NCBI GenBank assembly: GCA_963665085.2
Contig: CAXXXS010000001.1
Span: 609,155 to 673,154, forward strand
Direction: 5' to 3'
Length of the DNA stretch: 64,000 nt
Source: Bacteroidales bacterium
GTDB taxonomy: Bacteria; Bacteroidota; Bacteroidia; Bacteroidales; JAAAOM01
Under the pieces are notes generated by a model, which was not told the DNA's origin, searched no databases, and worked only from the letters and a program-made list of their open reading frames with translations. Position 1 is the stretch's first letter; each line of letters opens with the position of its first letter. The position numbers and the translations under genes are program-made. This document shows positions 47,535 through 56,000 of this stretch, in pieces.

Positions 47535-48566
47535 CTATCTGATTTTTGCTGGTTTATAAAATGTGTATCTGTATCCGATATTAATGAATACATTGTGTAA
47601 AAGAAAGTTATCATCAATATAATAGTTATCTGACCATAAAAAGTCATTATACGTTAACCTATTCTTACTCTGATAAGCAAATCCAATTTTCGAATGAACA
47701 TCTAAAAAAACAGTCCCTTTAGAAATTGGATATGAATAATTAACTCCAACAAGAAGACTCGGTTCAAAAGATCTTCTATGAGATAATATTGATTCCTCTG
47801 AACCAGTATAAGATGTACCTGAGTAGTCACTCTTGGTTGGAGTTCCTTTTGCAGATGTAATAAATTCGAAATTTGCCCCCAGATAGAACTCGGGTGAAAC
47901 AGATAATTCTGGAACAAGGTCACTTAAATCGTAACTTGCAAAAAGGGGTATATTTATTCTTGTCTGTTTTTCTGCAAAATTTATCAAAGCAGTATTCTCA
48001 ATAGATTCTTCGAATTCAAAATTGCTTTGAGATAGTTCAAAACGAATATTTGCGTTCAAATTTTTAACATACTTACTTAAACTATAGGAGGCACCCGCCA
48101 TAAAAGAAAAGCCTGTCTTCCCAAGTTTAATCCCTGTTGAACCGGGTGTTGGTGAAGCTGAATATACTTTTCTAATGTGAATTACTGACTGATTCGCCCC
48201 TAATCCACCATAAAATGAATATATTGGTACTGCTTTGTAAGACTCAAATAGATAGATAAATTCGGCAGGATCATCAGTCCTGACCTCGTAATTAGGAAAT
48301 TCTTTGAAAAAATTTAAAATTGCTATTTCAGCATCTGCCTGGTTATCATCAAATAGATATGTTAATATCAATATTTTATACGCACTAATTTTTTCTTCCC
48401 TGGAAAATCCTTCATTAAGACAAGGGACAAGTAAACTGGGGATATCTTCAATAATTCCATCCTCAAAATTTTGTCTTGCCCTTCTTAGATTATCGGAGCA
48501 ATCATTTTGTGCAAAGTTCTCAACACAAAAAAAAACTAATATTATTGTAAATAATACCCTAATCAT
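47535..48566 (-). CDS. Outer-membrane beta-barrel protein with an N-terminal helical (TPR-like) domain
   Basis: 343 aa. It has a signal peptide (FFCVENFAQ) and a ~100-aa helical region. The C-terminal ~230 aa show an alternating beta-strand pattern and an aromatic terminal strand (FINIGYRYTFY), resembling the OMP_b-brl_2/PorT-like families. Confidence 0.65.
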   Translation of the reverse strand: MIRVLFTIILVFFCVENFAQNDCSDNLRRARQNFEDGIIEDIPSLLVPCLNEGFSREEKISAYKILILTYLFDDNQADAEIAILNFFKEFPNYEVRTDDPAEFIYLFESYKAVPIYSFYGGLGANQSVIHIRKVYSASPTPGSTGIKLGKTGFSFMAGASYSLSKYVKNLNANIRFELSQSNFEFEESIENTALINFAEKQTRINIPLFASYDLSDLVPELSVSPEFYLGANFEFITSAKGTPTKSDYSGTSYTGSEESILSHRRSFEPSLLVGVNYSYPISKGTVFLDVHSKIGFAYQSKNRLTYNDFLWSDNYYIDDNFLLHNVFINIGYRYTFYKPAKIR

Positions 48567-48576
48567 TAAAGCTTAA

Positions 48577-51500
48577 TTAATTACATGTTTTTTCATACGG
48601 AATATCATCACCAACATACGTATTCCATTCATTTTGAGAAAAGTTTCTCTCAATGTGTTTACACATTTTCTCTGCCATTACAGAGATAGAAGTTGGCCAA
48701 ACATATACGTTGTTACCATCACGGCTTGATGACACTAAATATTTACTATTCGGGCTAAATTCAACCGAAAACACCCATGAATCGTGACCTGTTAGGACTA
48801 TAGCTGGATCATTATCATCGGAAAGATTCCATAAAAGAATTGTTCCATCGCGACTTGATGACGCTAAAAATTGTCCATTCGGAGAAAAATCTACATCTTC
48901 AACCCTTGATTTATGTCCTTTTAAAGTTCTTATCACATTTCCCGAGAACGGATTAATAAGTTTTACATCTCCTGTTTTGTCGCCAAACGCCAAATACCTA
49001 CCACTTTTATTGAATTTCAAAGTATATATAGAATTACCTGGCTGTTCATAAAGTGTACTTGGAGCGCCATCGGACAGACTCCACAGGACAATTTTACCAT
49101 CCTCCGTACTTCCAACAACATATGAACTACTTGTTGGCCTGGTACAGATTGACAATATCCTAAGATCATTTTCTACGATGATCTTGCCTTTTAATGTTGA
49201 TAGGTCCCAACTAATAATCGATTTATCAGCTCCGGTACTAAATAATAATTGATTATTTGGAGCAAATGCCAGCGACCAAACCTGGCCTGTATGTCCAGAA
49301 AGTTCTTTTGGAGATGCGTTGATGTTAGTTAAATCAAACAGGTATATTTTTGTCCCAGCACTTACACCTAACCATTTCCCATCATTACTAACTACTGCGC
49401 TTCTATACAACTGATTGTCATCTACAATAATAGATTTTGATTTGGGATTTGAAATATTCCAACTAATTATTTTTCCATCATTCCCGGTTGAATAGAAAAC
49501 ATCTGATGAATTAGGGCTGAAAGTGATGGCCCTAACTGCACCTACATGTTCTTTAAAGCTCATAAAAGACTCTTCTTCTGAGGCTTTTAATGCACTCATC
49601 ATCCCATAATAAATATCTGTATTAAATTCTTTGCCATCAAATTTTTTATTTATTTTATATGCCTGGTATGCAAGAAGTGCTTTTAAATTTAAATTTTGAT
49701 TGATTTGCCTGGACTGAATTGCCATTGTATTTGCAATTCCAACCATCCTTTGGTTATATTCACGTTCTTTCTCCCGTTCCGCCTCTGAAACTTGATCTTT
49801 TGTTTTTTCCAATGTTTGCTCAACTTGCTCAACCTGTTTTGCAGCTTGATCAATAGCTTGTTCAGATTCCTGTTTTGCAATATTTGCACCTTGTATAGCA
49901 AGTTCCTTTTCAACAACAGATTTTTCTGAAATAGCATCTGCTATCTTTCGTTTCTCTGATTCTTCTTCTGCAAATGATTCTGCTATTAATTGAAGTTCTT
50001 GTGCCCTAAGTGCATTCTGTTGCGCAATTTCTCTTTGCTTATCAGCCTCTTGTCTTGCTTCTTCTGCAATCTCTCTTTGTTTTGTTGCATCTAAACGTTG
50101 AAAATTTGCATAAAATACAAGTCCAAGAAAAATAAATGATGCTACCCCAAGTACTGCGGCGAATCTCCGGGTCCTAATAAGGGTCCGCTTTTGTAAGCGG
50201 ATTTTTGTCCTTTCCTCAGATTCATATTTTTTCTCGCTGGTCTCAAGAAAAACCATAGTTCTTTCAAAGGCAGGATTGTAGCGTTTTGCCCAGGCAAGAT
50301 TTGGTTTATATTTCTGTCTCCAATTCTGGGCAAGCAATAGATCCGGAGGCCTCCATAAGCCAGACTTTCCTAATTGATATAACTCAGCTGCTTCCGATAA
50401 ACGAAGATACATCCTAACAGATTCTTGTTCCTCGTTAATCCATAATTTGAGTTTATCCCAATTTCGCATGATGCTTTCATGGGAAATATCAATAACCGTA
50501 TTTGGAGTAAGTTCTACTTCTATTGCAGGAGTTAAAAATGCCCTACCCTCCATTCTAAACTTATCAATTACTTCTATTGTATCTCTAACAGAAGCTTGTG
50601 CTACTTCTGCTATTAAAGATACTTTTGCGGGATGCCTGATTCCCCGGTTATCTTCTCCCCTCTCTGTAAGGGTAGTAAACATACTCCTACATATTCTTTT
50701 CCCATCGTCTGTTAACTCATTGTATGCTTCATCAGCATGAATCGATATCGCCCTATCAATTCTTCCAACAGTTTCATAATCAACATAGGATATTGCAGCA
50801 TCTTTATTGCCATATTTAGTCCAATGTTGATAGGTTCTCATTAATGCATGCTGAATTACTGATAACGAATCTATTTCATCCGTCACGTTATTCAACAATT
50901 CATATATTAACTGCTCTTCTATTTTATATCCCGCTACAGAAACAGGACCTGTTATTACTTTTCGATAATCTTCCCTAGACATCCTTGGGATCAAATAATT
51001 ACTTTGATTAATCCTTCTTGCAAGATCCGGGAATTGAGAACATTCGCCCAAAAAATCCGAGCGCATTGTTACAATAACATAGATGGGAAGTTCGGTTTGA
51101 GAGACAGCCTCGGTCAACAACTTGATAAATGTCTCGGTCTCATTAATCACATCGAAGTTACGCGTAACCTCCCTGAACCTGAATAATTCCTCAAATTGAT
51201 CGACAATCAATAATAAATTTTGTCCCTCCCTGAGTTTTAATTGTTTTACTACTTCAATTAAACCAAGTGTACTCCGTTTAAGCAATGATAAAATAACAGG
51301 TTTTGCTGCACTCCTATAGTCATTATCGTCCTTCCTGTTAAATGCCTTATAAATGGACTCAGCCATGTTTGAAATAGGGCTACTGCCAGGCCTAAAATGT
51401 ACTATTTTCCAATTAGCACCGGCCTCTTTAATAAATCCTCCATGCAACCCAGATATTACGCCACAATACACAAGGGAAGATTTACCTTCGCCTGAAGCAC

Positions 51501-51681
51501 CAGTTACTGCAGCAAATCTATATCTTGTCAGATTCCTGATAACTTCAGCACTCTGTCCTTCCCTGCCAAAAAACAAGTAATTATCCCCAATCGAAAAAGG
51601 CCTTAATCCAGGAAATGGATTATAGACACCTTTCACAGAGGTTTCTTGTTCTGTTTTTATGTCAATCTGAGCTTGACTCAT
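48577..51681 (-). CDS. STAND-type P-loop NTPase with a predicted TM helix, a long coiled coil and a C-terminal WD40 beta-propeller
   Basis: 1034 aa. The N-terminal motif is FPGLRPFSIGDNYLFFGRE. Walker A is GASGEGKSS (aa 61-69) and Walker B is LLLIVDQFEELF. The helical module contains DISHESIMRNWDKLKLWI. A basic stretch (KIRLQKRTLIRTRR) precedes the TM helix FAAVLGVASFIFLGLVFYANF (aa ~507-527, nt ~50101-50163). A ~115-aa charged coiled coil follows, then at least 6 WD40 repeats (e.g. GHTGQVWSLAFAPNN...SWDL; GHKSRVEDVDFSPNGQFLASSSRDGTILLWNL). Confidence 0.85.
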   Translation of the reverse strand: MSQAQIDIKTEQETSVKGVYNPFPGLRPFSIGDNYLFFGREGQSAEVIRNLTRYRFAAVTGASGEGKSSLVYCGVISGLHGGFIKEAGANWKIVHFRPGSSPISNMAESIYKAFNRKDDNDYRSAAKPVILSLLKRSTLGLIEVVKQLKLREGQNLLLIVDQFEELFRFREVTRNFDVINETETFIKLLTEAVSQTELPIYVIVTMRSDFLGECSQFPDLARRINQSNYLIPRMSREDYRKVITGPVSVAGYKIEEQLIYELLNNVTDEIDSLSVIQHALMRTYQHWTKYGNKDAAISYVDYETVGRIDRAISIHADEAYNELTDDGKRICRSMFTTLTERGEDNRGIRHPAKVSLIAEVAQASVRDTIEVIDKFRMEGRAFLTPAIEVELTPNTVIDISHESIMRNWDKLKLWINEEQESVRMYLRLSEAAELYQLGKSGLWRPPDLLLAQNWRQKYKPNLAWAKRYNPAFERTMVFLETSEKKYESEERTKIRLQKRTLIRTRRFAAVLGVASFIFLGLVFYANFQRLDATKQREIAEEARQEADKQREIAQQNALRAQELQLIAESFAEEESEKRKIADAISEKSVVEKELAIQGANIAKQESEQAIDQAAKQVEQVEQTLEKTKDQVSEAEREKEREYNQRMVGIANTMAIQSRQINQNLNLKALLAYQAYKINKKFDGKEFNTDIYYGMMSALKASEEESFMSFKEHVGAVRAITFSPNSSDVFYSTGNDGKIISWNISNPKSKSIIVDDNQLYRSAVVSNDGKWLGVSAGTKIYLFDLTNINASPKELSGHTGQVWSLAFAPNNQLLFSTGADKSIISWDLSTLKGKIIVENDLRILSICTRPTSSSYVVGSTEDGKIVLWSLSDGAPSTLYEQPGNSIYTLKFNKSGRYLAFGDKTGDVKLINPFSGNVIRTLKGHKSRVEDVDFSPNGQFLASSSRDGTILLWNLSDDNDPAIVLTGHDSWVFSVEFSPNSKYLVSSSRDGNNVYVWPTSISVMAEKMCKHIERNFSQNEWNTYVGDDIPYEKTCN

Positions 51682-53086
51682 TGGTATTTAATTCATTAAA
51701 AATAGGACTCAAAGATTTATCTAAAAGTTTGTCCTGATATATAATTTTTATAACGTCGCCAATATCTCTTTTAAATATCTTACTATAATCATCTTCTTCT
51801 AGCATTACTGCTTTAACCTTAAATTGTTTCTCCCGGCCATATCCCCAGACTTTCCTCAAATCATTTAATTTTGCGTCAAGCCATCCTTCAACACCATTAT
51901 AGATTATTATAACCCCATCACAATTACTCAAATTCTCGTAGTGTTCGTTGAGTACATTTTGAGCCTCATAATTCAGCTCTAATGTTTTTATTTTATTTTC
52001 TGATAACAAAGATTTTATTCTATCTGCCTTTTCTTCAGCAGTTTTATCATATACAAGATATATTGATTTTTCATCCACTACTTTAGTGTTAGACAATTTA
52101 ACACGGGCTGCAATCTTTTGAAAAATCATTTTTTTTAAGTCCTCAAGAGGAGCTTGAATTATCTCTGTTGATTCGTCTGTCTCTTCTCTTCGTATCCTTC
52201 GAAGATATAATTCCTGTCTTTGATCTGGAATTTTAAGATATGGTGGGATCCAAATTATACGTTGAAAACTTGCTTTTCCCCTGTTTGCTGCTATGAATTC
52301 TTTTACTTGCCTATTCTGAAAATCATTAAGAGAATATGCTGTACCTTTTATATAATCTCCATAAATTCCACCCATAATGTGAATACTGAGCTGAGATTTT
52401 TGACATATATCCAGGATCTCGTTCTTTAATTCATCTGATTGTCTTGGTAGAGAGGATTTCGGAAGCACATCAAATCCTCTTTGTCTTAACTCTCTAATAA
52501 TTTTGTCTCTATATATTTCCTGATCCGGACTGGTCTCTGCAACAAAAACCTTGATAAAGTTATTCTGAGCCTGTTCTGAGTCTTTGTCGACAAATTGATG
52601 AATATCATATACAAGGTCAATTAAGTTGTCCCAGATTACAGAGTTATCCGGGATTTTTTTTGAAAAATCAATAGCCTTAAAACTTTTAATGCCAATATTC
52701 CTTTCAAAGATATTGTACGATGAAAAAGTATTTAGCCACTCTAATTTTGAATCATAAAGGGGTTTTTGGACAATTAACCGAAGTTTTTCTTCGTGTTTCC
52801 CATCCTCAAGCATTTTTTTTAATAATTCCTCATAGGATTTATTTTTAATATATTCAGGAGATATTATTGCAAATAAGATATCAAATTCATCTTTAAAACT
52901 TAAAAAAGTCTCTTCTTTCTCTATCGGGCGAAAATCTTTTATAACTATTTCGATTTTATCTTCGAAGAGCTGACTATATATTTCCTGTGTTAGATTAACA
53001 AATTCAGAAATCCATATAATAGATTTATCTGGTATATCTTTTTTAGATACAGGATAAAATGTTAATATTTTTAATGTTTTTGGCAT
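51662..53086 (-). CDS. Protein of three tandem alpha/beta modules resembling TIR-like/DUF4062 domains
   Basis: 474 aa with no TM or signal sequence. Module 2 (KVFVAETSPDQEIYRDKIIRELRQRGFDVLP ... QLSIHIMGGIYGDYI) resembles the DUF4062 pattern. Modules 1 (ILTFYPVSKKD ... FDILFAIISPEYIKN) and 3 (IYLVYDKTAEEKADRIKSLL ... CDGVIIIYNGVEGW) resemble TIR-like folds. The assignment rests on motif resemblance only. It overlaps the NTPase gene by 20 nt. Confidence 0.5.
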   Translation of the reverse strand: MPKTLKILTFYPVSKKDIPDKSIIWISEFVNLTQEIYSQLFEDKIEIVIKDFRPIEKEETFLSFKDEFDILFAIISPEYIKNKSYEELLKKMLEDGKHEEKLRLIVQKPLYDSKLEWLNTFSSYNIFERNIGIKSFKAIDFSKKIPDNSVIWDNLIDLVYDIHQFVDKDSEQAQNNFIKVFVAETSPDQEIYRDKIIRELRQRGFDVLPKSSLPRQSDELKNEILDICQKSQLSIHIMGGIYGDYIKGTAYSLNDFQNRQVKEFIAANRGKASFQRIIWIPPYLKIPDQRQELYLRRIRREETDESTEIIQAPLEDLKKMIFQKIAARVKLSNTKVVDEKSIYLVYDKTAEEKADRIKSLLSENKIKTLELNYEAQNVLNEHYENLSNCDGVIIIYNGVEGWLDAKLNDLRKVWGYGREKQFKVKAVMLEEDDYSKIFKRDIGDVIKIIYQDKLLDKSLSPIFNELNTNESSSD

Positions 53087-53092
53087 AAGTTC

Positions 53093-56000
53093 TTAACTAG
53101 CTCTTCTTTTTTTTGATGCGTAAAAATCGTTCATTATTTTTTGAAAAACAATTTCTAACTCAGGAAAATCAAATATTTGCATATTGAGATCCTCTCTTGT
53201 GATAGTAATAATTGATGTCATCATTAACGTCTTTACATCAATTTCATCTATTTCCTTATCATGTAACAGTCCAAAATCAATCACACTGTTTTTATTTAAC
53301 CTTAGAATTTTTTTTCCTTTATGTTGTATTTCTACTTCGCCTTCAGCTACAAAAAGAATTGGATAAGTCCATGGGTTTCCTTTATATGTAATTATCCTGT
53401 TTGCTTCCATTGTATCTTCCGTAAGGTAGATTGAAAGTTCTGTAAGTATTGCAGGCCTTAAACTACCGATATGTTTCAATTTTTTAAGAAAATTAACTTT
53501 ATTAATGAGTAATCTTCTCTTAAAAGTTTTATAAAATTCTACTGAATTGTCAAGGAAGAGCCTTGTTTGCTGATCTAACCGTTCGAGCGTTTCGTAATAA
53601 AGATCCGGATCTTTATTAAAAACCAGGCATGCTGCTGTTTCTTGTAAAATTCTGGATTTATGAAACAAAAATGAAATAATTACATCATTTAATTGAAAAT
53701 CATCATTATCAATTAAACTATATAAAACTTCGGCCTTTGTCCAAATACTAATTTGGCCTAGCTCAGAAGTCAGAATCTGGTTAATTATTTCATCTTTTTC
53801 TACTTTTTCAAAAGGAAAAAATTGACTTAATGACTTCATCTTTTGAAGCATTGAAGAACTTTGGAAAGCAGGTATTAAAATTGATTTTATGTTGCTATCA
53901 ATTATATTATCAACTAATTCCAAGGCAAGATGGTTCGATGTTAAGTCTTCTTTTTCAATATAATCCCTCAATTTTGCAATAATGCTCCTGTTATGAATTA
54001 GGGAGAGCATCATGTATATCCTGTCAAAACTATTTTCTATATCATTTTTAAGTGATTCCTGTACTGTTTCAGAATATTCTGTTTTTGCTAATGATACCTG
54101 CAGGGTAAGATTTTGAGTGATTGAACTAACAATTTTAATAATAATATTAAGTATCTTATACTGTGATTTTTCGTTAGGCCTATATCCTGAATCTACTAAA
54201 CTGGATGTTGCTTGTCTTGATACTTCAGGAGAAGAAAAATCAATTTTAGAAATAAGCAACATTTTAGCCTTTTCACTATTAAAATCTCCAACTAACTTAA
54301 CTACTCGTTTAAGTAATTTATCGTCTATTTTAGGTTCAAAAAATAATTTTTCTAAATACTCAATGCATTTATCACCCACTCTAATTAAAACATCATAGGC
54401 ATAAGCATAATTCTCTGCTGATGCCAGCTGATCAATCATAATGGGAGTAAGCTCATTGGCATTAAAATTTGTTGATGCAATAAATGCTGCATTTCTAACA
54501 TTTGGATCATAATCTTTTAACAACAAGATAATCTGAGACATTAGTTTTTTATCCTGAATAGCTCCTATCATATTCGCTGCTAAAATCCGGTTATCAGAAT
54601 CTCTTGAATCGACTAGTTTATAAATATTTGTATAGTCGTTCGTAGTTTTTAATTGAGTAGCAAAAATATCGGAAAGCTTTTTAAATCTTGTTTTTAAATA
54701 CGCATCTTTCAGATTCTTTGTCTGTTTTTCTATCTGGTTCTGATATTGCAACATACTTAGTTTTTCTATCCTTTCTATTGCAAACTCTTTTATTACTTCT
54801 GGGCTATTTCCTAACAAGTAATATAAATTATTTCTAAAATCCGCAGGATAATTACTTTCAGCTAATTTTAATGTATAAAGCATTTTATCAGGATCGTCAA
54901 GCATATTAAGCTTATATAAACGCTGTTTTAATCCTATTACCTGATTTAAAAAATACTTTTTAGATTTTGCTAATTCATTTAAATGGGCCCTCAATAAAAT
55001 CTGAAATTTCTTTAGTAAAAGAAATAACGATACAATTGCAGCGATACATAGGAAGAAAATGACTATTGCCACTACTACTTCCCGGTTTGATGATAGTTTT
55101 GTTATGATGTATATGATTCCTCCAGATATTGCAAGAGAAACAAAATAAAAAGTCCCCCTAAAAAGTCTTCTTAACAAATCATAAGTAGGAATCTTATTAA
55201 TTCTTAATAAGATATTTAACGAAGGAGAGTAAACACTGTCGCGAAGAACATCATTCATTATTTTTAACAGAACAAAAAACAAAAACATGAGAGAATATTT
55301 ACTAATAAAAACATTCTCTTTTATTAAAAAATTTATCGCCAGTAATAATCCAACCAGGATTAAGATAACAACTGGAATCACAAAAATATTAAATGGAGAG
55401 TCGTAACTATTTAAAATTCTTTTAATAAGGATATACTTAAAAAATAATGAGAACATGGACAAAGTCCCCAAGAATAAACCTAAAAACTTAGCATATCCGA
55501 TACCTGATTCATAATTACCCTGAAGTAACGTATAAAACGAAAAATTTATATGAACAGTGATAAAAACAAGAAGCATACAGCTAATGATCATATAAATAAA
55601 ATATGGATATTTAAAAATCATTCTAAGACTTACACTTTCATATTTTCCAGCTATTAATCTTTGTTTTGCGCCATAGTTTGCCTTAGTTGTACTTCCAATA
55701 TTCATTTGTACAAACAAGATCACCAGCACTCCACCAAAAGCAAACAAAAGGAGCTCCCCAGAGTGGGGCCGTATTAATAAATAAACAATTATTAAAAATC
55801 CAACGGCTGCTACACCCAAATAGTAAAATGTATCAAGAAAAAACTTGTACCTCTTTGACTGGTCATTCGTAAAATACAGTCCTTGAATTCCTTGAGTTAA
55901 GTAAAAACTTAAATTATTAATCGGGATTGCAAAAATAACCCCAACATAAAAAATAACCGGAGTAAAGTAAAACAAAGATAATAAGCCTACTATTAGTAAA

